The notes below the pieces were generated by a model. That model was not told where the DNA came from, ran no database searches, and saw only the letters and a program-made list of their open reading frames with translations. This document shows positions 50,502-64,000 of a DNA stretch of 64,000 nt, one piece after another (within the stretch, counting starts at the first letter, position 1; each line of letters opens with the position of its first letter). The position numbers and the translations under genes are program-made. The DNA is from Bugula neritina (lineage: Eukaryota > Animalia > Bryozoa): assembly GCA_964035545.1 (NCBI GenBank), contig OZ037769.1:8537929-8601928 (forward strand). The letters are read 5' to 3'.

Positions 50502-53500
50502 ATGTACGGGACTCGGCCCAAGACTAAGACAGTCAGTGCTGATCTACTAGTGGAGAATGCATTTCAAGATAACATACAATGTGGAATCTGTATGGAAGTG
50601 AAGGAGCTGAGGATGCTGCCTTGTCAGCACAATTTATGCGTAGGTTGTCTGGGTGAGTCAGCACAACATTTTAATATTATTATTCAATGTATTGTTTAGG
50701 ACTAGAGCGTAATTGTAGTGTTGAGGTTACCCAGTAGTCTCTGTGGTGTAATGGTTAGGGTGCCGGCTTGCAAGCCGGAGGTCTGGAGGTTTAGGTTTCA
50801 AGTCTCAGTAGGAACATAAGTTTTATAGTTTAATGTGTGTTGTGTAATATGTGTATAATGTGTTTTATGAATAGACATACAGATTGGTGGTAACAAACAG
50901 TGTAAAAGTAGGTGTAGTAATAGAGAATTTAAGACAAGGTTAGGTTCTAAATTACAAGTTTAGCCAAAGAAATTATTTTTTCAAGAGAATTTCAATCTGT
51001 TTTGAACCAGTATTTATACAAAACAAGTAGAAGATTTGTAAAATGCGCCATCAGCTGTAGCAAGTAGTGCTAGTATATATAGCAATAACTAGTAGTGCTA
51101 GTAGCAGTAACTAGTAGTGCTAGTAGCAGTAACTAGTAGTGCTAGTAGCAGTAACTAGTAGTGCTAATAGCAGTAACTAGTAGTGCTAATAGCAGTAAAT
51201 AGTAGTGCTAATAGCTGTTGCAAGTAATACTATATATTATCACCTGGCCTACTCTAATATTTTTGATGTGTGATCCTAATTTGTAACAATTCATATGTAT
51301 ATTATTGTTGTCCTCCGTGATAACTATAGCCTATGACTTATACAGTTGATGCAGTAGGTTGTTCAATCTGTAGATTCTCAGTCAACAATTAGATAGTTTT
51401 GTATTTAATACACGATGAAAATATTTACTATGCATATTTATGACTATGTTATGGCAACTAGTTATTCCTATATACTAGCATTTTCATTCTAAAACTAATT
51501 GCAGTTGATATAATTTATTGGCTCTTTTCTTATTTTACTAAGTTGATCTGCATCATAGTAATTGTGTCATGTAGCGTGATTAAATATGCGTAAAATAGTA
51601 ACTCGATTACAGGAAGTTACTTTTTTACTGTTTGGTGGAAATTATACGACATATTAGGCGGTATTTCCCAGACATGTTTTGTTTATAAATTTGCAGGTAG
51701 AATTTTGAGAGAGCTCAGACCATTCTGCTCTTTCTGCAGAGAGCCTCTCCTGAAAACTTCTCCAGTTAGTTATCCTGTATCTAGACTCGCTGCCAACTTA
51801 CAAAAAGAGGTCAAGAAGCTCGGCAGCGACCTCGCCAAGTATCATCTCACAGGTGTGTAGCCTACAAGTTTCTTGATTATTCTAATTTCTAAGCTAACTG
51901 CAATAGCATATATATATAGAAGTGTTTTTACATTACTATATTGCACTTTGCCAGACAAAATTAAAACTTTGAAGGCTTTAAACAAAGTGAAAACCTTTAT
52001 AAAAGCTGCTAGAAAAATTTTTTTTGTAATAAACAAAGTCAAAATTAGCAGCGATAAAAACCATTAGTCAGTAGCAAATTTGTTGTGTTTGATTAACAAA
52101 CCAAATGCTGCTGTTTCTGCTATTAAGTAGCAAATAAATGTTGTTATCTGGTTGCAAGGCAAATACTTTTCATCACTTTGGAAATATGAGTGTAGGTCAT
52201 AAATTATCCTGTATTTGTTTACCTTTTTACTGTTAAACCTTTTTAGTTTTGACAGCTTCCTTGTGTGTGTGCTTATAACTAAACACACAAGTTCTGTACT
52301 AAATAAATCTATCTGTGCGTGTCACTGTAATGAAGTAGTTATAACATGAATGTTACATGAATGTATAATATTATGTTTGTAGGCAGTGAGGTTTGTGAAA
52401 TGGAGAACTGTTTGAGACCTGTCATAGACATGTTCTGTACTATATGCCTTCTATTTATGTGCTTTAGGTAAGCATGTTTACTAGTAGCTCCAGAAATATT
52501 CTGATAAAATGAAATACATAGATAAGTGTTATAAGTGTTTTGTTTGTCAATGTAAACTTGCAATCTGTTATCAGTTATGCAAGCATTACAGGTATGACCT
52601 TTAGCATAATGAGGTATATTTCTGCTCAGGTAATATTCTAAGACCTAAGTTATCATTTTCTCAAGTGGCAATGTTATCAGTAAGTTGTCAGTTGGGTGAT
52701 ATTTGCGTTGTCAGGTGATATAATGCAAATGAATAATGGTTTATTTTGTCAGTTGCAAAACTCAATTTGACAAAATTTCTGAAGAAATTGTTGATTTCAT
52801 ACTAGTAGTACATTATAGGAAGCATTAGTAAAAACAGTTTAGACTATAAGCTGATCTCTTAGATAAATATAACTTTTTTAGTGAGACTGCAATCAAGATT
52901 CATTGTAAGCAATAGTTTCTATAGTACTCATACATCCTGCTTTACTCAGCTGGTCTGGTATTTTGTCTTTCTCTAACATGCACAATATTTCTAAGCCGTT
53001 AAATAAATGATTTCATTTCAACTTTTTAGCAAAACAACATACTTAAAAAATTTGTAGGTGCTCTAAAAGAGAGTGCATTGATGGAGTTAAACACAAAGTT
53101 GTAGAGTATGAAGAAGAATTAATAAATAATGCTAAAACAAAGCTTGATAAGTGGAAGAAAGATAAACTCAGGGAAATAAACTTTCTCAATAATCAGGTAA
53201 AAATTTGTTCTCCTATATAAAGTTGTTAACCAGTCTCAACATGAGAACCAACAGTAATATAAAACTCGATAAACTCAACATTATTTGTTTTCAGCAAAAG
53301 AGAGTAGTAGCTCAATTCCGGACAGTGACTTACTTAGTTACAGTGGACAACTTTATGAGCATGGCCGAGCGGTTGAATGATCTAGTTAGTAACTTTCTTC
53401 AAGTGATGTGTGCAATAGGAGATAAAAATGGAGAGCTGCAACGAGCTAAACCAGATGCTGAACTGACTGACTTGGAGATTGTCAGAGTTGTGCACCAGTT

Positions 53501-56500
53501 ACCCAGTAAGCAATTTCAAGTGTTCGAACAATCCTTTACTTTTCAGAAATTTCTTTGGTGCATGTATTACTGTGATGAACAGTGAAAACAGGTGCAACAT
53601 GTTTGCAATTTTTAAATGCTCTGCATCCATGTATCTTTTATTACCTATTGGATACATTTTTTAGTGAAATATCAATCCTGTCTCAATGGGATTGTTCTTG
53701 CACATGGTACGTTTAGCCTTATGGCCATACCATAAAAATTAGCTTAATATCAGAATGGAACTGAAACTAAGTCGCTTGATTTGCTATTGATTATAGATTA
53801 TCTGTTTCTAAAATATCTTTATAAAAAAAACCTATCGCAAGAATTTAATTCAAAGATATGGTTGACCATTGTGCTAATAATCCTAATACTTGTAAACCGC
53901 GTGTGCTTCTGTAATTAAATTTAATTGTGCAACCATGAATGTCTCAAGAGAAAAAATGGAAAGTTAATGCTAATTCAGCATTAGGTTACTAGGTAAATAA
54001 TATTGCTGAATGCAATAAAATTATATAAATTTCTGTGCATGACCAAAATTCACTTTACAGGTTATAGCACTATGTTTGCTGCAAGCTTGATGCTACATGT
54101 AATTAAGGATCATAACCTCCAATAAAAAAAGTATATTGTAAAAAATACTTGCTCTGCTATAAAAACAATTATTTGCGTAAATTTTAGCCATCAATTGCTT
54201 GAGCCCTCATTATATTATCTAGTAATATTTACTGCAATGAGCTGCAGCGCTTTCCATGTACTTGAGCCAACACCTGAACTAATTCTTGAGAACGATTCAT
54301 CTGGTTTTATAGGTGAGGAAGGAAGCAGACTTTCGTTTCCAACAAATACTTCTACTCTGCCACAGTTTGGGAAAAACATGACTCGTAAACCATTGTCAGG
54401 AAGAGAAGCAAAACCTAGTTTTTTGGAAGCAAAAACTCACAGAAGTTTCCACTCTGAGAGCCCCAAAGGTGTATTGCATTGTATTGTTTTGTTGCTAAAT
54501 TGTTCACAAGTTAAGGGATAGTAACCGTCGTCTAGGGGTTAGAGCGTTTGCCTAGTAAACATGAGGTCATGAGGAAAAGCATCCAGTCATAATTGCTTCT
54601 GCTTAATTTACCAAAAAGAGTTTTTCATCACGAGTTTCTCACAGAGATGGTGAATATAAATTTTTGTGACTTTTATTTTGCACAAGTTACTTCCTCAGTC
54701 AATCTAAAGTTTTTTATTCAAAAAGTGCCAGTTTTCTGAGATCTTACTAGGTTTTACAATCTTAATGTAGAAACATGTCAATCACGTGGGTGTGAAGAAG
54801 ATAGCGTGGAGCAGTTCTGTGTAGACTGTCTAAAGTTTATGTGTCAAAAGTGAGTAGTTACTCTCCAAGTAGTCAGTAGACAACTTAGAACATTGCACAA
54901 AGTGTATTTAGATGAAATACTGTTGCATATTATATGAAAGCATGGTAAAGGATATATATTTGGGTTGAAATACTATAGTACACACTTTAAACACATTTTC
55001 CAATGTATGTGTAGTGCAAAATGATGATATATGTTTCAGCAATTAGTTTTGATGGTTAACTGAGTCTTACATTTATGCACAATGCAAAACATAATTAATT
55101 TAACATTTTGATGGTGGCACACCTTTATCACTAGTCAGTTAATAAATCTAAGTTTTTGTTGCTATATTTCATATATTTGTTTAAAATTGTTAACATAGTT
55201 TGAATGAAAAATATATTAAGTTGCGATAATCTTCATCTATATATAGATGCTCTCAACAACATTTAAAAGAAGAACTCGAGCACAAGCTGGAGAAGTTTGA
55301 TGCAGGGCTAATAAACCGTGCTAAACTAAAATATAAGCAATGGAAGTCTGCTAAGTTTATAGAAATTATAGACAAGCTTAAGGACAAGGCAAGTGTCTGT
55401 TATATAACTTTGTTGTAACACTGGTAAACTGAAGCCTGGTTAAATAAGAATGACAAATACATGCATCAGTGTTTCTCAATTTTCAAACTTAATATAGTGT
55501 GTTTATGGTATATATTATTGTAGACAACTTTTTTCTTTGGCCTTGAACTGAACTCACAGTAAAGCCGGTCATTTTGTTTTTATTTCGTTGCATATATGTG
55601 TGCTCATGCTAGGATGATTTTCAATACCACCAATAACTATCTATATAATATAGCCCATGCAAGACTAGTTAGCCTTTGGTAAATACTGACATGCATAGTG
55701 CCAAACAGTTTCATTTTAATGATGAGTGTTATTGTGTTTCATATTGCTAGGTGTCCTGGTGACTCGCAAAACTCACGCAAGTTTATAGTCACCATCCCTG
55801 TAAAAACCCCTGATGAAAAGGGGTTCTTTTATGCAAGCTAAGGATTTATTCATCTATGTGGCACGGGAGCAATTTTGACTGGATAATCTTCCTACCATCA
55901 CCAATGGCCTTTGTTGGGGTTCAAACCCATAACTTCTGTTCACTAGGCAAACGCCCTAACCCCTAGATTACGGCTGCTCCCCTATCTCATGCCTAATTTA
56001 CCTATGTCAAATACTGACACGCATGGGTCCATTAAATATACAGTTTTCAATACGATGACGGGTGTTATTGTATTTCTTATTGTCAGATGTTTTATTAACT
56101 CACATAAAGTGAATAATTAAAATGTTTATTTATAATCCAGCAACCTTGTATTGTACTACTAACTGTTATTACTATTTATAGCAAGTGAAGGAAATCAGGA
56201 GCTTTCAGGAGAGAGCTACAGACCTGTCGCCCAGTAACTTCCTGGATGTTACTGAAATGTTTAATCAATCCACAAAAATATACCTCGAAACTGCCAAAGC
56301 TCTAGCAGAGAAAGAACAGGAAATGGAAAAAATTGAGAAAAAAATGGCTGACTCCGAAGGCAGTGAATATGTGAGATGTGTTGAGGAACTTTGTGGTAAG
56401 ACTTTAGTGTGTTTTCTGTAGTGCTTACATTTTCATTTATTGCCCTACTCTTTCTCTCTACTAAACAAAATTGAATTATTGAAGTTCGGAGCTCAACATG

Positions 56501-57162
56501 TTAATTTTGTTCATTTTCTGTTGAGGAAATGATAGAAATACTTCAAAATCGATTGCACTTTAAAGTGGCACACTTATATTTTATTTACAATTTAATTAGA
56601 ATTCAGCATAAAGTTCATGTAATCTTCAATATAACTCATACAACTACTGTTAACAGCTGAAGACAGAATTGCTACAAACAAGAACAAAAACACGCTGCAG
56701 ACACTGATGAAATTTGGAGCTAAAGTTAGTCAAACTATTGTACAAATATTTTCTCAATGATGCTTCATTGCTGTAGAAACATTGTTAGTAATATCATATC
56801 TATTTGTTTGTTGAATTTTGATAACTTGCTTTTTAACCATACAAGCATCACAATAATGTGCTTGTTAGATGCACTAAGTTCAATTCTCTTTCTTTAGCTA
56901 GATGTCTAAAGAGGTACAAATAATGAGTTGCTTTACAAGCAGCAATGGTTTGATTGTCACTTGTTTGTTTTCTTATCATATTGAATAGTTTTATTTTTGA
57001 AAACAACTAATAGAAAGATGAATATCTGAAATATTAGGCAATAAGTAATAATTCATATACATATACATATACAACTTATACATATACACATACATATACA
57101 CATACATATACATATTATACATATACATATACATATACATATACGTATACGTATACGTATAC

Positions 57163-57240
<78 letters not shown>

Positions 57241-60200
57241 GTGTATATACACACGCACGCACTACGCACGCACGCACACACACACACACATTTAATAAAA
57301 ATGTCCTCAATTTTGTAAGCTGTAATCCTAATGTTAATAATTTTATTATTTCATGACAAAAGCTTTACATTTATATGAAACAATTCTTTTAATATGTTGT
57401 TTTCAAAAATAACACAGACTAAAAATTAGTTTTGAAAATAAGTTATAGTCATCTATAAATAAGGGTTTGCAATTAGATAGTGTTTTAATTTATTTTATAT
57501 GCTCTTTGAGCTTCCATACCTAGTTTATTGTGTATAATATTTATTATTGTAGTAATTAAGTGTATATTGTTTTATTTTAGAATGGCAGCTTATCAGGCAA
57601 TGAAAAAACTTTGAAAGTTCAATACCACCCACTTCAAGGTGATTTGAGCATGATATTTATAACGAGTAATCTACACTTACCTGCATTAGCTCAAGTGCAG
57701 CATTTGCTAGAATCTGCAACAGTTATGTTCTGTATTTTCAATGTGCTGTAGCTTTGCATCAAATTTCCTAAATAGATCAACAATATTTTATAATTCACCT
57801 TGAACTGAGCTAATGGTATATTTTAATGGAACTTTTCAAGTGAAAGACAAAGTTTTTGCTTTTTAATCTTTTTGTTATAAGGAAAGATTTTCAATGACTG
57901 TAATACAATATTGGATTTTACTCAAATGGTTTTTAAAAAGTGTAAAAAAGTTTTATTATTTTCTTTTCAATTACCTACATTATAACTTATATTCACCCAT
58001 ATATAGATACTTCAAATAGTGAAGTGGACTGTTACTCTACACAACCTGCAAAAAACTTTGGCAGGAAACGGTATTCCCGAGCAAAGGTAACCTCTTAACG
58101 CTTGCTATTGCGTCACTCAAAAATGCAAAAAATTAATTGCCTCTTCAATGTATAACATATTTTTATTTCTCTTTATACTCTATTGCTTTAAAAAAAATTT
58201 TAACTTGAACAAGTGCCAGTGTATTTAGATGTAACCACGTTAATTCTATGCACTATATAAGCAATAAGATGCAATGAGCTAATAGTATATATTTTGGTAT
58301 GTGTGTAATTTAAACAACTATAAATATTCGTATAATAACTTCAGAGTCATTTTATTTCATTTTGCATAAATGATAAAATTTCATAGAATAAAATTGTTCT
58401 GTATTTTATTCAGCCTAAGCACAATTTTCAATATTCATCTTCTCACCAATCACGAGAGAGTTGTGCAAAAGAGGTGGAGTTAAACTCACAACAGAATTTA
58501 CCTTCAGCGTCTGTTCCTAGAATTCCACGTAAGTGCAATTAAGGTAGCCTTTAAAATTTTTGATTTAGAGAAATCAAATTACTGAAAGAGTAAATATAAC
58601 TTTATAACTGCTGCAAAGAAAATAAAAGAATTAATCACTGTAATAATTATAGTAGAATAAAACACTCTTATCCAGATGTTATAAAGCTCTTGGCTTGTTT
58701 AATTCATCTGATTAATTATAGCTAAATAAAATATTACTTCATGCAATGGCATTATTCAATAATATTATTACATGCAAAAGTATTTTATTTTGTAGCTGTG
58801 CAGTCTACCCAGTTACCTTATACCAACCAGGCTGCCCAAGCAGCATCACCAGCCCCTGAGGTAAAGTTCAGTTTATTAGAAGCTATTTCAACATTTCTAT
58901 TAACAGTGCGATGTTTCTATAATTAGGGTTTGCTAACTGAAAAAACAATAGCACAAGTTTTCTAATTGTATTTATTTTGATAGATTTTTTTAATTTTGGT
59001 TATTATTGCAATTGCCTGTACATTTAGCACCACAATGTGGCTAGCAGACTAAACTATTTTCTTATAAGCTATAAGTAATTAAACCTTAATTTACTGTTCA
59101 AAAGCAAACCCAACTGCTATGAGGCACGCTTATAACTTAGGCATTTTGCCATTGCTAACAAATAATGAGTTTCTTTTTTTTATTTAGTAGATGCAAAATG
59201 TATGATATATATAACAAGATGCCTATATAGAAACACTATATTGACAATGAAGTTTACTTTTTGTATAGAGTCCAAATGCTTTAGTTCAAGTATAATATTC
59301 AGCTTACTTCGCTGTTATAGGTCAATGATATAATAATTAAATCTGCAGTTTAGCAGGAAACATGCTTCACAAGTTACTCATTCTATTTAGAAACTTTAAT
59401 TCCTGTTAGTAAAAGTTTATAACTTACTTTCAACAAGATAAACTCGATTTTGAAAAGCTGCTCAGTAAATAATTAAAGAAACAGTTTATAAGTAATAAAA
59501 AGGTGCCATATGCTACAGATTTCTATAGCTCATTAGCACAATAGATTATTAAAAAATTAGTAAAGTTAACCTATAAAATTATTCTAAAGTAGTTAAAATG
59601 CCAAAACAAGTAGTTTACCTAGTATACCTAATTTTTTTAGCTCATTATAAAAGTTTAATCTTGCTTTACAGTTGTAAATGAGTCATGACAGTTAACCAGC
59701 ACAAGCAATCCACACAGTCTGGTTGCAGATATTGGCATTTGACGGAGGATTAAAGTTCTCATGTTATGGATTTTAGTTGATAATTATAGTTTTCAATTTG
59801 AAAAAAGACGGGTTATTTGTATACTATGTTCTTGTAGCCTAAAGCAGAGGAAAAGTCTCTGTTTTCAAAAGTTTTCTCTTTTTTTACCGGGAGAAGCCCC
59901 AACTCAGCACCATCAGGTACAGTAGGTAAGTCAACTAAACTGTTTCATAGTATCAAACTTTCTCTTTTGTAAAGCAGCGAGTATGAGATTAACAAAGGTC
60001 TGAAATAGCATAAATGTATATATAGGTACAGTTCCTTAAGGGAAGAAACTGGCAAATAAAAGTTTATAAGACTTTTAGCTGTGCCAAACTTCACAAATTT
60101 TTGACTAATTCACATACTTTAACCAATATTCTTTGATGGTGATGCAAGCAATATTACTCAATTGATGCATATTTACTTCAGTAAGATCTGTTTTCTGCTT

Positions 60201-62921
60201 CTTACCGTTTTAGAACCTTCCATTTCTCCAGCAACATTAAGAAGATTGCAACTCGAATGGATACAGTCTCCGACTGATCAAATGGTGAGAAGCTTCTAAT
60301 TTTATACTTTGCTTTAAAAACTAATATTTATATTAAGTTGCTGCAAAGAAAAATTGTCATTTTTAAATATTAAACTTTTGAAGAAAGTTTTGATTTCATA
60401 AATGTCGGTATAAAAATGATTAGGCCTATTTAGTTTTTGTCATAAAACTTATTTTTAATATAAAGTAATGTATGTAGTTGGGAACAATAACAATGTAGTA
60501 GCTAAAGTTGGCATTCAACATGTTTCTGTAATTGATATCACATTATCATTTAGATAAGACCATTATCATTTTAGGTAAAATGCTGAAAATTAGTTTTTTT
60601 GTAAGATATCTTTTAAATAAATTCAAGCATAAAAAGGTTAAATATGCAATAAAATATATTTAATAGTTTTTATAATATTATTATAATGCTAAAATATAGC
60701 TGACCTAAACAAAAATTTTAATTTTCATGAGAAAATAATTACTAGTGTATTAAAAAGTTATGATGAAATCAAGGAAAATTTCGTCACTATATCTCATAAT
60801 TTGATGCTTTTTTAGCTTAATAAGTAAAGCTAAACTCTGAACAATAAATAGCTTAACTTTGGGTTAAAGATATTTTACTCAAGGTGCAACTGAGCTGATG
60901 TGTTCTGTGAAACTTTTACTATGATTGCAACATGTGGCAATGATTTTAACCGCAGTAAATTGTTGTGAAAAACATGTTTTGATTGCAGGCTGAGCCTGTG
61001 GTACTTGTGAAAAAGGTGCAAACTATTTTAAGAACAACTCCTAGCATTGGTGAGCTAAAAACCTTTTTTATAAATTTCAGAAAGCTATTAAATTTTAACT
61101 TTAGTTTAGTGCTTATATATAAAGCTTGAGCAACATTTTAATGTTATTTCAGTGATGATTTGTGCTTTTTATTTACATAATGTAACATAAAATCATAAAA
61201 AAGTTTTGATTTAGTTGAAAATGTCTATTTTTTTATATAAGTTAGGTTTTTATATGCTTTAATGGCACATGTCATTGCTTTAAATATTTAAGAACCCTAA
61301 TTAAATATACCCAAATCAAAAACTTAGTTTCTAATTTTTCTGCAATAGTTTCATGTGACATAGTATATTACAGGGCAAGAATCAGTTGATACAGTAATGC
61401 TTAAAAAGTGCAATGACTTTTTACGACACCAAAGCCTCAGCGTTTATGTAACAAGTTGGAACTACATCTTAACTGGACTTTATGGGGCGTTTGCTGTTCA
61501 AGGAAACATGGGAGATATTTCAAGAATGGTTTCAATAAATCAAGAACAGTCACGTTACTATGTAGTGTCTATACAACAGTATAAAGACTATGTATTCACT
61601 TTGTTAGTGCGAGATTATGATTCTAAGCATGAAATTCGAATTTTTGATTCCCAATATCGAACATTGGCCAAATGGTTTTTCCCACATACTGCAAGAGTAT
61701 GCAGCATGGCTTTGAGTTGTGATAAGGTTTACTTAGCTGTTGATGGATCAGATAAGCTGCTCGTACACAAGTTTGTTAACAACCACATTCAGCAAGGCTA
61801 TATTCTGTCCAAGTTTTCTACTCTGTCGCATCTCAAGGCTGCCCCTCCTCATCACATTGTCATCTGTGACACTGAGGCTAGCTCAGTCTGCTTGCTAGAC
61901 TGCAGGAATGACACAATTGTCTGGTGTTCCACCTTCATCAATGGTCCAGTCTGCAGCTGCGTTGATAGCACTGGAGATGTTTGGATTGTCTCAAGAACTG
62001 CTGACTTTTTTCGGATACTGGACAAAGCTACTGGTGAGTGTTATAGTGGATTGTCTAATTCCATTATTTTAAAGCTTTTCTGCCACTTTTCAGTATTTTG
62101 TATCAATTGATAGTCTGAACCTTGGTTGCTGTAAATATGCTTCCTACTATATAGAGAAACATATATATTTCTCTCAGGCTAGATTATCAAAGATTCTTGC
62201 AAAATAACTGCTTTGCTAATATATCAGTAAACTATATTGTGTAATGTCAAAAAATTCCTTTTTATATATATCATAGTAACAGCACTGGGTTTTTACTCCT
62301 TGCTTATGACAACCGGTTGTTAAATTTAATGAGTACCTATAATAATCATGGTATGTATCGTGAGGCTAAAAATAGTTTGCAATATCAATTTTATTATTAA
62401 GTTGCTGCTGAGTAGAAATAATATAATGTTTATCTATATATAAAATATGTTCAAGTTCTAATAAAAATTTCTGTTATTATTAAAATTAAAGTTTCAAGTG
62501 CTACTTTTTCTGTACTGACCAAAATTAGGTATTTGAGTTTATATTAATTAAATCGTAGTTTCCCCGATTATTGTGGTATCATTTTGATCTGATTTTTAAG
62601 ACTGTTTGTCAAAACCTAAGTAATATGCTGCTTTAAATATTTATATAAATAAGTAATGAACACATTACTATAAAAAAAATTATTAAACAAAATTTGGGAT
62701 CAGCTTTCTATCTCATCGATTTGCCATTTTTGTCAACTTTTTGTTATACTGTTATAGGTCAGTTGAAGCAAAACGTGAATCACTCAAGACTCAAAAAGTT
62801 GACTATCACTAAAAACAAGTGTGACATGTTTATTGGAGACAATGCATTATGGGTAGCAATAGGCACAAGTTTGCCCGGACTTCTTAGGTTCCAGATTCAA
62901 AGGCAACAAGTTAAAACCTAA
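50502..62921 (+). CDS. TRIM-like E3 ligase: RING, two [B-box + coiled-coil] modules, low-complexity linker, NHL/beta-propeller-like C-terminus
   Basis: Exons 50502-50652, 51697-51852, 52383-52467, 53058-53196, 53295-53505, 54313-54468, 54771-54849, 55247-55388 (GC donor), 56182-56395, 56657-56724, 57581-57638, 58007-58086, 58414-58528, 58796-58860, 59838-59925, 60214-60284, 60989-61049, 61374-62033, 62758-62921; phases consistent. C3HC4 RING CGIC..CQH..CVGC..CSFC; propeller-like IVICD..V.LLD and [16 protein letters not shown]. Linker exons are less certain. Confidence 0.82.
50735..50820 (+). mobile_element. tRNA-derived SINE head
   Basis: A-box TGGTGTAATGG, hairpin CCGGC ttgcaa GCCGG, degenerate B-box GGTTTCAAGTCT; no clean acceptor stem. 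Confidence 0.55.
51086..51213. repeat. 21-bp minisatellite (TAACTAGTAGTGCTAGTAGCAG-like), about 6 copies
   Basis: Directly visible. Confidence 0.9.
55790..55981 (-). mobile_element. tRNA-derived SINE; a deleted copy of the same family lies at ~54520-54600 (+)
   Basis: Shared TCTAGGGGTTAG(G/A)GCGTTTGCCTAGT head, B-box-like GGTTTGAACCC and ATCCAGTCA..AATTGCT body. Confidence 0.6.
57053..57290. repeat. Compound microsatellite (CATATA)n/(TA)n/(CA)n
   Basis: Directly visible. Confidence 0.97.
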
Positions 62922-63503
62922 GCAAGCTGATCACGAAACCTCATTTTACCTGGCATTTTATTTATATAATTTGCATTTACTTTACAGCTTGAGAAAAATA
63001 AATATTTCCCCCCCCCCTGCAATGTTTTTATTTAAATTTACTAACTAGCGCTTTCGTACATACCTAACTTTGATGACACTCTTTGTTTACTATGCAAGAA
63101 CAATAATCACAATTTTCTGATAATTATGTTGTCTAAAGACCTGTTTATTTTGTTTTCTAGTTTTTGTTTTCTTATGAAGATTCTTTTATATTACACACAC
63201 ACACGCACGCACGCACACTTAAAATTATTTAACTTTTAAATGTTATAAAAAAATTTTATAAAGCATTATTTGTAAAATATATATAAATGTTATTAAGACA
63301 TTATGTATTTACAAAAGATTTATGCTAGGTAATTTTGTCATTCAATATTTTTGCTCTACCGTTAATAGTGCTTACAGAGCTTTTGTCATAAATAAGTTTT
63401 TTACAAATTTTTTTTAAAGAAATTGTGATGTTTGTACTTCTCTACAAAAATAATGTTAGCAAAATGTTTATGTAATTAAACATTTCAGTATTTCTTCCAG
63501 GGA

Positions 63504-64000
63504 CTAGCAATCCTGTTTGCTTACCATCTTGGCAAAAGCAGACTCCTGATTGGCCAATAAACGTTTTGGGGTGTCAAATTCTAGCACCTGTACAAAGGTA
63601 TCAAAACATCAGTTTTTGTAAATTTGAAAAGCATGCAGAAAAGTTTTACACAGCAGAATGCATCATTGATGTAGGCTATAGCTTTTTGACTGTTATAAAC
63701 ACAAGTATAACAGAACACCGCAAAAGACAACATAAAAAAATAACAATCATTTTGTTTCATATGATGGCTCTTTAAAGTTTTAAACACATACTTTACAGGA
63801 TATTTTTTAATTTTTAATAGCTTGTTTTGATTTCTGGTGTTCTGCAATACTTGAAAATGTTTACCAATGTTGCCGGATATAATTGTTCCGAAATTATAAC
63901 TGGAAAAGAGGATAATATATATTAACAGCAAAGTAGAACTTACCTCCCCTTTGTCCAGCACTAGAATTCTATAGTAGTTGATTACAGTGTTGCGTCTATA
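63504..64000 (-). CDS. 3' end of an ABCC/MRP-type ABC transporter (or decayed copy); exons 63944-64000 and 63504-63587
   Basis: YRRNTVINYYRILVLDKGE|VLEFDTPKRLLANQESAFAKMV matches the ABCC NBD2 C-terminus (HRLNTI.DYDRILVLD.G...EFD.P..LL....F..M); GT-AG intron 63588-63943. Confidence 0.8.

Noticed and set aside
50735-50820. Functional tRNA-Cys gene
   Set aside because: Anticodon loop and T arm are irregular and there is no acceptor stem; better explained as a SINE head.
51086-51213. CRISPR-like array
   Set aside because: Head-to-tail minisatellite without unique spacers, in eukaryotic DNA.

Overview
This is AT-rich, intron-containing eukaryotic DNA, most likely from an invertebrate animal; the species cannot be determined from the sequence. 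Host genes: (1) a 26-exon, ~1381-aa type I membrane receptor (4371-30865, +) with signal peptide, F-type-lectin-like domain, 11 alternating Cys-rich FN3 domains, one TM helix and a non-catalytic tail with five YxxV/I motifs; (2) a decayed tandem paralogue (~39999-45027) sharing a near-identical 576-bp tract with it; (3) a TRIM-like gene with a duplicated B-box/coiled-coil module (50502-62921, +); (4) the last exons of an ABCC-type transporter (-). Mobile elements: two related tRNA-Leu-primed Gypsy LTR elements, one complete and carrying an intact extra ORF for a C2H2 zinc-finger/coiled-coil protein behind its own TATA box; a ~7 kb TTAA-flanked Kolobok-like transposon with a KolX remnant and a nested Tc1; an RTE LINE, an L2/Crack-type LINE, a BEL/Pao remnant, a MITE, SINEs; and three Penelope-type hammerhead fold-back structures in (TA)n tracts. 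All exon models and family calls were read by eye without database searches.
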